Origin: the human T2T-CHM13v2.0 reference genome, Homo sapiens
Direction: 5' to 3' (one strand)
NCBI RefSeq assembly: GCF_009914755.1
Contig: NC_060929.1
DNA length: 64,000 nt
The position numbers and the translations under genes are program-made. Below the pieces are notes generated by a model. The model saw only the letters and a list, made by a program, of their open reading frames with translations. It ran no database searches and was not told where the DNA came from. Every line of letters starts with the position of its first letter. Position 1 is the stretch's first letter. Below are positions 14,191 to 27,779 of this stretch, in pieces.

Positions 14191-16234
14191 TACCACATAG
14201 AGAAGAACAGAGGCCTGAGAGAGTGCAGCTAATTCACAGAACTGAAAGATGAACGCAGGCCCACCATATGGCATTCAACTTGTCTATACCTGGGGACCAA
14301 TACATATTATCAAAAATATAAGTTACAGGCTCTGTAGAATTTATATTGTCTACCTTTTTTTCCCCCACGCTAAAATGGAGAAGAAACAAAGCAGTCTGTG
14401 ATTTATAAAAAAAGATGATTTGCTTTAAAACCGTAAGTTTTTAAATCAGTGTTGCTCAGGATGTCTTTCCTGGCAACTGCCACCATTCTTGCCATAGTAA
14501 AAGCCATAAAGACCATTTGCTATTTTCAAGACCACAGGAGAAAATAAATCAGAACTAAATTGCCGCTATTAATTTTAGTTTGAGGCAGGGGAAATTCATA
14601 TTCTTAAGCTAATTTTGTTGGCACTGGTGACTGACAATTGTCCAAGCAACTGACACTGCAATGTGGTAACAGCTCCCACACCACGGCCTGGACACACGCG
14701 ACTCCTGTGTTTATCACAGAGTACCACAACACTGTCACGTCTGCGGGCCAGCCAGCTACAGCCAAACCAGGGAGAATTCACATTAAATTCTGTTTTGTTT
14801 TAATTCCTTCAAAATAAATATTCTAGTTTCTAACAGCCACAAAGAATTAGCCAGAGGCTCAGTCACCCTAAATGTTCTGTCTACATACAAGCCAAGCTGT
14901 CACTGTGGGAAAGAAATGCATTCATTTTTTTCTTCTTCAAATTCTTTTATAGCTTCAAAGTTCATTGTACTTATATTACAAGAGACACATTATGCATAAA
15001 ATTCAATATCAGAAGCAGCAACAAATGGTGCATTATAAAGTAGAAAATTCTCACACCGTAGCTCCTTCTATAGTATTCCCGGAAGCTTCTCATGCATGGG
15101 GCTAGGTATTATTTTTCAAATGCTCATAACAGTACATGAGAAATTTACAGTAAAGTAACATTTCCAAATACCAACTATGTTAGAAAATAATGTATCATAG
15201 TATCTTTGCCAGTGGGCATTCCATAAATTGGAATGTAGTAAGTTGAAATTCCAGTTGGCCAGGGGTACTGTTCACCAGTTGACCGATAGGTCTTATAATA
15301 TACAGTGTTTTGAAGTACTTTCCAAACCATCAAACTGAATAGTTTGTGTAGTTTGTGTGCTTGGTGTATACTGCGGCATTCTATATGCCACAATGATACT
15401 TCTGTTTTGGTGACATTATAACTCACAGTCAGATGTTGATTAACTTGAACACTTCATTCCCTGATCCTGAGAGTGAAGAGAGAGCTCACTGCATCTCTCA
15501 GGTGGATTATCCATAACTGATATTTCTGCAGGAGAAGAGTACCTAGTTTGTTTGCCGATAGAAGTGGCATGTATATCAAGGTTCCCAGACATTTCAAGTT
15601 TCACTCTTTTGCATTCAATGTATTTTTGTTCCCAGAATTATCCCTGTTGTCGGACCATCTCAGTTAAGGCAGCTCTTTAATTTTGGAGACCTCTCTGAGA
15701 AAATGGAGGGGGTCAAGCTTATGTTTTCCTGGCTTCCTGTGATTCTATGTGTGATATTATGTGCATGAGTGTGTGAATGTGTGTTGTTGCATACATGTGT
15801 GAACTCACTCCTCTGTTCCTCTAAAATACACTGATGTGCTCATAGCTTCTCTTTCCTCTGCTTTTGCTTCCTACATATGTCATCTACTACAGGTATATCA
15901 AACCCTGAATATTGGATTTGACTGCATTTGCTATGATTTTATTAATGTAAGCAAAGCTAACACCTCTTAGACATGTAATGAAAATACAAATGAATAACCA
16001 TTGCCGATTTCACAATAAAGAAAAAATTTTTTTTTTGCTTTTTTTGAGGATCAACAGAAGATTTGTAAAAAATAAGTTTCAATCTTAGCGCCTTTATACA
16101 GCAGAAACCATGTAATATTCATGTACAACAATTTTTTGTGGTGTTATAGATCTTTACTTCCTTAAGAGCAATACTGGCCTTTTGACCATCTGAGTCATCT
16201 GAAACCATCTGAAAGTTTCGTTAAAAAGTTTAAT

Positions 16235-16815
16235 GGGTGCACAAATGTTCATTAGAGTTCTATTCATAATTGTCAAAAACTACAAGTAACAAATGTTCTA
16301 CAAGTGAAAGGTTACACACACTGATACATCCATACCAAGGAAGTGTATGTGAAACATGCAACAACTCTCAAGGGAATTGCGCTGAGTGAAAAAGAGGAGT
16401 AACGTTCTTGAAATACAAAATTGTAGAACTGGAAAACAGATCAGTAGTTGTCAGGATTTAGGGATGGAGAAGGAGGTGTGTGGCTAAAAAGGGGTAGCAC
16501 GGGGGAGACTTGCAGTTATGGAATAGTTTTAAATCTTGATTGTGGCATGGTTTCATACAGCTACTGACATGACAAAACTGCATGGAACTAAACACGCATA
16601 CACACACACATACACATACACACACATCAGTGCATATAAAACTGGGGAAATCTGTTGGTTGTAGCAATGTTGATTCTGGTTGTGATATTGTACTACTTAA
16701 GCAAGATAAGACTATTGGAGGGGCTAGGCGAAGTTAGAAGAGACGTGTGTGTGTGTGTGTATGTTTGGCATGTCATAAAAATCTATAGTTATTTCAAAAT
16801 AAAAAAGCAAAAAAA
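16235..16815 (+). mobile_element. L1MD-like 3' end
   Basis: 'cacaaatgttcatt...aaaactgcatggaactaaacac(ac)n...agtgcatataaaactggggaaatctg...ctggttgtgatattgtacta'. Confidence 0.8.
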
Positions 16816-17392
16816 AATTAGAGGAAAGTGGTTTTATACCACTGTGTCTGCTTTTCCCAGACTGGTTCTTTATGTGGAATTTGTTACACAATTATTTCCA
16901 TGTAATAATTAAACTAGAATTTTTTTTAAAAGATTGGGAATAGTGAAGTAACAAGAAAGAAAAGAAGGAAGGAAGATGGAATAAAGGAAGAAAAGAGAAA
17001 AAAAGAAACCATTGTTGACTTCTGATTATCCCTTTGTTCTTCATTCTTCAGCCAGAGCTCAGGTGACCCTGCCCTGGGCTCATCTCTGCTTTGTTCTGTG
17101 AATGAAAGAGTTATCCCTGGAGCATAATATACCAATCATACTGCCCATTGCCAATCAGAGACAAGAAATTGTGCTGCTACTGAAGGAAAACTCATCCATT
17201 ATGTGTAAGATTCCCTGCTCATCAGGATCCTGTATTCACTTCCATTGCCATATGTTCTCAGGGAAAATTAAAAATGATATTTTTGCTTTCAATATTGGAG
17301 CAGAGTACAAGTCTTAATGCATACTACGTGAGTTCAGGAGACCTCACACAATATACTTCACTGGCTCTCTGGAAGCATATTTACTGAAGTTA

Positions 17393-17410
17393 GGCTGCCA
17401 CCTGGTAGAT
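17393..17410 (-). promoter_or_regulatory. Candidate CTCF motif
   Basis: Minus strand reads ctaccaggtggcagcc, one mismatch to the core CCACCAGGTGGCAG; motif match only. Confidence 0.4.
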
Positions 17411-17947
17411 GATTTGCAGGGTAGCTACTGCAGTGCCAATCTGCTTCCAGCCCACTATCCTAATGCCTGGAAAGGGGTCTCCTTGATTGACTACATGTCT
17501 GTTGCCTTCCATATTTATTGTCATGAAAAAACATTACACATGAAAAAATTACTTTATTTCCAGCATTTAGCATCTGATACTTGAAACGGGAAAGATGGAG
17601 CAGCCTCCCCACCTTCTCCGGGTACACAGCAGCTGTATGTGTCCTGAAGTTATCCTTTCAAGAAAGAATGAGGATTTGAATGAGAGGTCTGATGAAACAA
17701 CCGCACTGCCAGTCGAATGTATAAAATCATTTTAAAAGCCATGAATTGAAATTCCTACTAACGTTCTTAAGCTATTTAGAGCATATCTTTAATCATTCTT
17801 GGGATTATTTACACCAATCTATCCATTTTCCACTGGAAATGTCCCTGGAAACCCACTCCCCTTAACTGCCTTGGTTGGGGATTTTTATCATCTCTTGCCT
17901 GGTGGTATAAAGAGCTCTGTGCCTGGGTGGTATGAATAACTTCTCAT

Positions 17948-18385
17948 TGACAAAGATTCTCTCCTTGACCAAATGTTGGTTGGGCTCTCCTGAGATCTTC
18001 CATGATCTTCCTTGGAGAGTGCAGTTCTAGCAACAACCCTGCTACGTCAGTTTCGCCCATCCTCCATATCTGATCAGGTTCCTCCACCTCCATCAGCCTC
18101 CAGGTGATGTGGGATCCCCTCGGCCTGCCTTTAGCAAAAATCCTATTAGGTCAGGTTAGCCAGAATCCTTTTTTTCCCCTGATGTTTCCTCTCAGTAATT
18201 TTCTATCCATTGACCCCCACCCTCCTCCTTGGCTATAAATTCCCACTTTTCCATGTTGTATTTGAAGTTGAGCCTAATCTCTCTCCTCCACTACCAAACC
18301 GCACTGTTGTAGCCCCCCTTGAAAAACACAAGTCATCCTTCTCATTCTTTATCAAGTGCTATTGAATAATTTTTTATTGATACCA
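17948..18385 (+). mobile_element. MER31-type ERV1 solo LTR
   Basis: Starts 'tgacaaagattctctccttgaccaaa' as in MER31; 'cctgatgtttcctctcagtaattttctatcca...ccttggctataaattcccac'. Confidence 0.85.
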
Positions 18386-18476
18386 TCACAGCTTCCTTAC
18401 TGCTCATGAGAAATGTGAAGGAAGTCACATCTTATCAATAGCCTGAGTCTACACATATGTGCTCAGATAACATTAT

Positions 18477-19793
18477 GAGGGCTGGCTTCACGGGCCTGAG
18501 ACCTGTGCAGTTGCACAGAGTCCCACACTTAGAAGGCCCCATGCTTGGCTTAATGCTCTGCTGTTGCCCTCTTAAAACTCTGGACAACTCTATCTTTGAG
18601 CTTATGTTTTGCGAGTGAAATCTGACAGGTCAATGGAGCATGTGCAGAGTGAAGGAGATACGCACAATCCACATTCCTCTGTTCCTTGCTGCCTCGTTCA
18701 CATAGAGCATTTGCAATGCCCTGATGGACTCATGATGTGTTGTGGGAGTTGAGTGAGACTCAAGTCAGTACAAGGTAAATGTGTTACGTTTATGACTGAG
18801 TAAGCAGGCGTGCTGGCAGCTCCAAAAGACCACACTTTCCCTTCAAGCCAGAACTTGCTTTGAATGAAGAAGGTAATGACCTTCTGAAAAACATGAAGAA
18901 TTGAGGAGCCCTGTCATCTCCTTTCTTACTCAGGTTAGCCAATCAGTTAAGTTGAAAATGATAACTTAGAAGGAAAGGAAAAGTCAGGGCAATTCATGGT
19001 TCCATTTGCTTTAATTCATTTCTAACTCACCAATAAGAGAATGTTGGTAGAATATGTGCATATCAAGAAATCAAAGAAACACAGTGGAGGCGGTTTTGCA
19101 CAGTGTTTCTCCTGCTGCAGTAAGAACAAAGCATAGGGAAATGCATGAGCTATGAAATATGAACTGTATTATTTCAGTGATTCTGCAAACAAGTTAAATG
19201 CTCTTATATTTGCATTTGAATCTGCAATAGCACAATACACAGATAAATAGTAAAATCTGTGCTAACAACTTAAAATTTTAAGTTTTCTTTACTTAGAATT
19301 ATATTAAATAGTATGTAAAAAACAACACTATGACGAGTTGAGAGCAAGACAGTGGAAGAAAGGAGAAAAGCCTTAGTATTTTTTTAGTACCTTTAAACGC
19401 ATTTTCCCATATGCTTTTTTTTTTTTTTTTTTTGAGACAGAGTCTCACTCTGTCACCCACGCTGAAGTGCAGTGGTGCCATCTCGGCTCACTGGAACCTT
19501 TGCCTCCCAGGTTCAAGTGATTTTCCTGCCTTAGCCTCCTGAGTAGCTGGGACTACAGGCGTGCACTGCCATGCCCGGCTAATTTTTTTGTATTTTTATT
19601 AGAGACGAGGTTTGACCATGTTGGCTAGACTGGTCTCGGACTCCTGACCTCAAGCAATCCACCTGCCTCAGCCTCTCAAAGTGCTAAGATTACAGGTATG
19701 AGCCACTATGCCTGGTCCCCATCTGCTTTTTGAACAACAGATCCTAAATCTGCATTTTGCATTGGGCATTGTGAAATATGTGAACATGACTGA
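18477..19793 (+). mobile_element. MER45B/C hAT-Tip100 DNA transposon, interrupted by an Alu
   Basis: Left end 'agggctggcttcacgggcctgagacctgtgcagttgcacag...taatgctctgctgt', right end 'ttttgaacaa...cattttgcattgggc...aaatatgtg' match the MER45 termini. Confidence 0.85.
19415..19717 (-). mobile_element. AluSx/Sz-like
   Basis: Full antisense Alu; TSD cccatatgcttttt / cccatctgcttttt. Confidence 0.96.
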
Positions 19794-19981
19794 CCTCAAA
19801 TGACCACTGTGATGATTCAATAATAAGGTACATGAAGGTCCCAGGCACACATAGGATATCAAGAAATCCTCTCCTGCCTCTCCCAGACTTCATTCCACCC
19901 CACTGCCCCTCTCTCCCTCTTCACGTCTGCAGTCTTTTTGCTCCCATCAATTATCTCCACTGTCAAAGAAATCCACAACCT

Positions 19982-20333
19982 TTTATTAGCCTGTTTTCAT
20001 GCTGCTGATAAAGACATACTCAAGACTGGGAGGAAAAAGAGGTTTAATTGGACTCACAGTTCCACATGGCTGGGGAGGCCTCAGAATCATGGGGGGAGGC
20101 GAAAGGCACTTCTTACATGGTGACAGCAAGAGCAAATGAGGAAGAAGCAAAAGCAGAAACCCCTGATAAACCCATCAGATCTTGTGAGACTCACTCACCA
20201 CCACGAGAACAGCATGAAAAAGACCGCCCCCATGATTCAATTACCTTCCCCTGGGTCCCTCCTATAACACGTGGGAATTCTGGGAGACACAATTCAAGTT
20301 GAGACTTGGTGGGGACACAGCCAAACCATATCA
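19982..20333 (-). mobile_element. THE1C MaLR solo LTR
   Basis: 'tattagcctgttttcatgctgctgataaagacata...ggcgaaaggcacttcttacatgg...ggggacacagccaaaccatatca'; 5-bp TSD aacct/accct. Confidence 0.93.
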
Positions 20334-20343
20334 ACCCTAAAGA

Positions 20344-20465
20344 CAAAGTCTGACTATCAACAATCCCCGGTTCAAAAGCCTTCAGTAGTTTTTTAATTAA
20401 TTTCCAAAATCTGACCATCAGCAATCCCTGGTTCAAAAGCCTTCAGTGGTTTTTTAATAAATTTC
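20344..20465 (+). repeat. 61-bp tandem duplication (2 copies)
   Basis: caaagtctgactatcaacaatccccggttcaaaagccttcagtagttttttaattaatttc / caaaatctgaccatcagcaatccctggttcaaaagccttcagtggttttttaataaatttc. Confidence 0.93.
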
Positions 20466-22102
20466 CTTCTCCCTAATCATCACCTGTAAGATCAAGCCCC
20501 AGCTCCTTGGAAAGCATGTTCCAACTGTGAGGACCTCCTTGACCTAACCTGAGGACCCTGTCTCAGCCACTTGCCTTAGATGAGGCCAACTGAGTGAGGC
20601 TCTGTATCCTCTGAGACTCCATAGTAGCTTTACCCCTTATCAAAACAGGCTAGGATTCTTTGTTTTTCAGCATTTGTCTTTCTGGACTGGGAGCACCTTG
20701 AGAACAGAGACTAAACCACATTCTTCCTTTTTTGTTGCATTGGGAAGCTCTGTTCCTGGTACTCATAAAACAGGTGTTCACAAATGGAGGTCAGCATAGT
20801 TAGTAAAGCGTAGGATTTCCTCTTAATATTCTAAGCATGCTCTGCATTTATTTCGCTGAATCTTGTCTTTAGAATTGTCTGTGACAAAAAGCGACTACAA
20901 CACTTTTATTCAACTTTCATCATAAAGCATCACTGGCAGAAGTGATCAATCTACCGAGTGAATATTTTGATTTGTATAACCTCATTTGGAATAAGAACAT
21001 TCAAGAATCAGTTCCTGAGCTACAGTCATGCTCCTTTGTCCTCATCCTGTATATTAATATTAAATACTTTAAGAACATATCATGGCAAATCCTTTTATGA
21101 AAACAATGAAACCTTATATTTTTATATCTCTAAATTTACATATGGCCTTCCCCACCCCTCCCCCTTAAACATAGCATATACCTTGATTTAAGAGAAAGCT
21201 ATAGGGACCAACTTATTCCTCTGTAGGGAAGGGGATGGGGGTGGCGTTCACATATAAAAGGAAAATCCACCCTTTTCAAGTGCCACTGCATGTGACAGCA
21301 CTTCAGAGTCATCTTTTTACTTTTCAGCTGTTAAACTCTGTCCATCCTATAAACTTGAGCAAACTAATTTCCTTCTCCCTAATTAAGCCCATTGCCATAT
21401 TTCATTCACTCAAGCTTTCTATTAAATGAAACATTATTTTCACTTATAAATGTTCCATGATGTGTTCCTAGTGGCTTCTAATTGGGGACAATTATAAAAA
21501 GATAAATCAGAACTCATCAGCAGCAGCTGTCATGAGCATGTCCCCGTTCTGCCTCTGGTGCCCACGTGTTTGTTTAAGGCGCCGGGGCAGAGCAGGACCC
21601 GGAGTGAGCCCTGATGAAGCAGCTCGGGAAATTCGCAGGCTGCCAGGACATTCTTCATTTTTAATTTGTTGATTTAATCTGGCTAGAGAGGAACTGACAA
21701 AATCCTCATCACCTAATGTGCTTAATGGTCTAAATGAAATGAGTTGGTGGTGTTGGTTTAGTTCCTCTTGGACCCATTTCTAAGTCATACAAGCCATCGA
21801 TACATTGCTCTAACAAGCCCTTCTCTCCGAAAATGCACCACAGAAGATTAGACTTTGGCGTTTTGTATAGATTTTCCAAAAGCATCAGAAAAACGAAGTG
21901 ATGAAAGAGTGTCTAGCAAGCGGGTTCTCGCACCCCTCAAAGCACAGGTCATTATCAACCTAGGGGAAAACTGCAACTGAGTTTTCCTTCATTTTCTTTT
22001 CCTATTCAGGAAGAAGCAACTAGAAAAACAAATGTAATTTTTGTTTCTTTTTAGCTGTAATTGCTGGAGTTAATCTTCATTTTCACTACTAGAAAATAAA
22101 GG

Positions 22103-22402
22103 GGCCAGGTGCAGTGGCTCATGCCTGTAATCCCAGCCTTTTGGGAGGCCGAGGTGGGTGGATCATGAGGTCAGGAGTTTGAGACCAGCCTGGCCAATAT
22201 GGTGAAAACTAGTCTCTACTAAAAATACAAAAATTAGCCAGGTGTGGTGTCGCGTGCCTGTAGTCCCAGACACCTGGGAGGCTGGGACAGGAGAATTGCT
22301 TGAAACCCGGAGCGGAAGTTTCAGTGAGCTGAGACTGCGCCACTGCACTCCAGCCTGGGCAACAGGGTTAGACTCCGTCTCAAAAAAAAAAAAAAAAAAA
22401 AA
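22103..22402 (+). mobile_element. AluS (Sg-like)
   Basis: Full Alu with a pure A tail. Confidence 0.96.
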
Positions 22403-23481
22403 AGGAGTTTTTTTTTTCCTTTTTACCATTAAGAGTTAGTATAAAAAACATAGAAAGGAGTATAATGTTGGAATGGGACATGAAACAAAAAAAAAATAAT
22501 TCTTCCAAAGTCAGGGTAGTTCAAAAATAATGATGTAGGTGAGGATGACTTGATTAAAAAAAAAAAAAAAAAGAGCTTACAGAGAATAAAAAGCATGTTT
22601 CCTTTCCTTTGTCTCCTTTAATCTTCAAAATGCAGGAAAGTTCCCAAAACATCAAATCCTCTTGAAATTTAGAATTTTAATTAATGCACTATCCTGGGAA
22701 ATGACTCAATTTTCCCCCACAGTGATTAGAGAAACTGGACTTAGAATGTCAATTTAGTAAACGTATGAAAACATGTGTTTCTGTATTTGGTCATCATCTA
22801 CTGTTTAATTAACATACTCATACACGTGTATACACATTCACATCACCACCACCAACATTATTCCTTTTGCCTTACTTTGGAAGTTGGGACAGTATTTTGT
22901 GTCAGGGAATAGAGAACAGAAATGCCAGTATTTAACCCTAGGGTTAGTATATGGAAAATGCAATCTTAGTTTATCTGGATAATCTGAGCTATGCATAGGG
23001 GTCATACCTTATATCTCTTTTTTGTTTTTCTTTTCAAAGATTCAATCGAGAACCCATCAGGCTAAAATACGGGTTGTGTATTTCAAAGGGATTGAGCAGT
23101 TTAATGTGTCTGAATCTTTAAAGGATATCATAAAGATTTGAAAGAAACAATGAATCTATACTGCCTATGGAGAATTAGTCAGTAGAAATATCATCATATA
23201 AAATAAATCATATCGGGCAGCTATTCTTTACTGAGGTTATATCATTTAGTAGAGGATTTTTATGGACTTTCTTCTTTTTCCTGACCCTCTTTTGGTGGAA
23301 AGCATTCTATTGCTTGCATGCCCTGAGCTGGTATTCTACGACTTAAGGTGAAAGTCACATAACACTCTTAGAGGTGAACTCAGCTAAAACACCATTAAGT
23401 CCATAGAGGTCAGGAAAGCAACCTGGTTGGTTAAACAGGTCTAGTTAGTTAACCTAGACACACTTAGGTCAGCAATACATA

Positions 23482-24016
23482 TGATGGATTAAAGTTAGCC
23501 ACGTATCCTTGCCATTTCATCCATTAAAAAGGGATGTCCATTTTTCTCCCTCGCCTTGTCTCTGGACTTGCCAGTGATATGTTGAGACGTAAAATGCAGC
23601 TGAAGTGATGCTCTGAAGCTTTCTAGCATCTTAAGGCAAGGCTTAAGAGATCAACAGCTGTAGATTCCCTTCATATGACCGAATGCTTCTTCTTGGCAGC
23701 CAGCCTCCATATAAGGACTTTGGCTACTCTGCTGACAACCATGCTGTGGGGAAGCCCGCGTTAGCCAGGTGGAGAGAGGGGCCACATAGAGAAGCACTGA
23801 GGTGACAGACGTGTGAGTGAAGCCCTCCGAAACCTTCCTCTGAGCCCTGCCCCTACAGTAAATTGCCTCAGTTATTGCCATATGGAGTAAAAGAACCACC
23901 CAGACATGCCCTGCTTGCATTCTAGACCCAGAAGCTCTGGGCAAGTAACTTGGTGTTGTTAAAGCGGCTAAGGTTTGGGCTAGTTTGGTAAAGAATGGTA
24001 GATAACCACAATAACA
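23482..24016 (+). mobile_element. MLT1G/H-like MaLR solo LTR
   Basis: 'tgatggattaaagttagccac...accatgctgtggggaagccc...gtgtgagtgaagcc...tagataacc'. Confidence 0.75.
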
Positions 24017-25095
24017 CGCACAGCACGGAAGCACTCCTTTGTCATCAACAGTAGCAAAGTGACTTGTAAATTCGCATGGTATATTATATGTCTGCATTTT
24101 ATTTTGAAGAAAAGATACTTGTAGAAACACAGGGCTAAACATTTACCTATCTGCTTCATTGCTTCCTGGGTAAATTTTCTATTTTATTTAATTGTTAAAT
24201 AAAATGCTCAATGGACTAGATGCACTCCATACTATCATTTTCTGAGGTTGAGGCTTTTTTTTTTTTTTTTTTTTAAGTTAAGGGCTTAAGGACTGTTACT
24301 TTGAGAAAAATTGTAGTTTGAAATGGAAATGATATACAAATTATAAATTAATACCTGGCAACACAGAAAGTGTTGCAAGTTAGCATAAATTGGCCATATG
24401 AGGACATGGGCTGAAAAAAAAAAAAGAGACCCAAATTGTATGAAATTTACCAGGGAAGACATCTGGGCAGAAATGTGGTTTGAGCCAGATTTTGAAAGAA
24501 ATGATGGGATAAAATTAGATGGCAGAATGGAGGGAAATCCCAGGGGAGTGTTGGCATGGCCGATTTCTAACATGAGATAAAGATGAAAGGAGAATCAAAA
24601 TCAATAACTTATTTAATTCAGTTTCATATTCCTAGCAAACTACTACAGCTAGGTGTGCATGACTCTGCAGAATATAATCCAGCCTGTGAAATATTTCTTT
24701 TAGTTCTGCTGTGGTGGTGAAGCGGGAGGGGATGAGGGTGATGATTTCAACTAAACAGTGATATTTGAGAATCTTTCAGAAAGACAGAGTATCTTCAAGA
24801 GGATAAGCCAAATAAAATGATAAGCAAAAGAAAAAAATTATAAGGAAATGAGGAGGCACTGCTGGGGCACTTCGTTTTGGATTCATTACTATAACTGTGT
24901 GTATGTGCATTTTTTGCAACAACAAGTATCTGAATATCTTACGTTTCTCTAAAGGGGCTGAAATCTGTGATTTAATGGAATTTTATAGGGGAAAAAATCT
25001 GTAAAACAGACACAAAGTGGGAGTATATTTACTCCACATTAAGTTTTTCACAGAAGTCATTTTAAGACCACCAATCTATGTTAAAATTATTTACT

Positions 25096-25399
<304 letters not shown>

Positions 25400-25419
25400 T
25401 TACTTATTTACTATAACAT

Positions 25420-26915
25420 AAACAAGTGCTCTATATCATTGGTCATTAAGGAGATGCACATTAAAGCCAAAATGAGATGCTGATGCACCTGATGCACATC
25501 CACTTGAATGACTATTTTTAAAACAATTGACACTACCAAATGTCAGCAAGGCTGTTGTATCAGGCTATTCTTGCACTGTTAAAAGGAAATACCCGAGGCT
25601 GGGTAATTTATTAAAAAAAGAGATTTAATTGGCTCATGGTTCTGCAGGATGTACAGGAAGCATGGTGGTGTCTGCTTCTGGGGAGGTCTCAGGAAGCTTC
25701 CAATCATGGCAGAAGGAAAAGGAGGAGCAGGTGCATCAATGGTGAGAACGGGAGCAAAAGAGTGAGAAAGGGGTGTGGGTAGGTGCCACACACTTTTAAA
25801 CAAGCAGATCTTCTGTGAACGAAGAGTGAGAGCTCACTCACTATCGCAGAGACAGCACCAAGCCATGAGGGATCTGTCCCCATGACACAAACACCTCTCA
25901 CCAGACCCCACCTCCTGCATTGGGAATTGCAATTCAACATGAGATTTGGGTAGGAACAAATATCCAAACTATATCAGTTGTAAAGGTACCAAATTCAAAT
26001 AGGTGGTTGTGTAAAACTGCCCAACTACTTTGGGGAAAAGTCGGGGAGTTTCTTTAATAACTAAACATATACATACCCAATGTGCCAGTGGTTTCAAACC
26101 AAGATATTTCCCCAAGAAACAAAAAGCATATATTTACAAAAAGACTTGTAAAAGAATGTACTTAGTAGTTTTATTCATAATTGTCCCAAATTGGAATGAG
26201 CCCAGAAACTAATCAATAAGAGAATGAATCAACAATCTGTAGTATATTTATACAATAGAAAGCTACTCAGCAATGTACAGGATGGAACTGCCAATACATG
26301 CAGCAGCATGGAGGAATCCCAAAGCTTCCCGCTCAGTGAAAGAAGACTTATACAAAATAAAACATGCCATTGATTCCATTCAATATGGAATTCTTAAACG
26401 AGCAAAACTAATCCATGGTAGGAAACAAAACAAAACAAAACAGAGCAGTGGTTGCCTTTGAGAGAATAAGGTGGGGATTTACTGGAAAGGACAGAAACCA
26501 ACTTCCTGGGAAGACAGCGTAATATTCTATATCTTGACAGAGGTTTAGGTTACACATCTGCATGCATTTGTCAAAATTTGTTGAGTGGTACCCCTAAGAC
26601 TGGTGCATTTCCTTGTGTGTAAATTGTACCTCAAAGGAAAAAATAGGGACTGAAAGTAAATATTAAAATATAGTTATTAATATGCACAATAAACTATTTA
26701 GGGGGATGTGTACTGATGCCTGTGACTTTCCACGAAATGCATCAACAAATAAAATGGATAAGCATTTGGAAAGAGGGGGTAGAAAAAGGGGTATGTGGTA
26801 AATCAAGTATATTAAACTGCTAATGGTAGAATGTAGGTAGTAGAGGGCTTCCCCTTGTCAGATTCTTTCAACTTTTCTGTATGTTTTTTACATAATTAAA
26901 TGTTAGAAAAGGAAT
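25420..26915 (+). mobile_element. Old L1M (MC/ME-like) 3' end interrupted by MSTA
   Basis: 'tcattggtcattaaggagatgcacattaaagcc', 'ttattcataattgtcccaaattggaa', 'atattctatatcttgacagagg...catttgtcaaaa'. Confidence 0.8.
25556..25976 (-). mobile_element. MSTA MaLR solo LTR
   Basis: 'tgtatcaggctattcttgcactg...ggctcatggttctgcagg...tatccaaactatatca'; TSD gctgt/gttgt. Confidence 0.92.
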
Positions 26916-27206
26916 GCCTCCTATATTAATAGTATAGGAAAAGAATGACTCCCATATCCCAGGCTCAAACATGTTGTGTAGTATGCCAGAAAGAAAAGGC
27001 CAAATTCTCCAAGTAAATAGATTATGTAATCAAATCAAACTGGATAACTGCAAAGAAAATATAGCATGCACAAGTGTAACATACACACAAACAATAATTG
27101 AAAAAATGCACGAGGTTGTTTTTCTCCAATAATAATCCAAATAAGACATTTTACTTTATTACAGAAATAGAGATATTCAGTGTCACGAGATAAATGGCTA
27201 CCTTGA

Positions 27207-27779
<573 letters not shown>

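Noticed and set aside
15380-15470. Possible C/D box snoRNA (aatgata...ctga)
   Set aside because: No canonical RTGATGA box C, no terminal stem, and no recognisable rRNA guide.
17564-17640. Putative small plus-strand exon (tttatttccag|...|gtatgt)
   Set aside because: Plausible splice signals occur often by chance; no coding or other support.
20344-20465. CRISPR-like or prokaryotic repeat system
   Set aside because: Only two adjacent copies with no spacers; the window is primate DNA with no prokaryotic genes.
23651-24142. 163-aa ORF
   Set aside because: Lies mostly in an MLT1 LTR; no recognisable protein.
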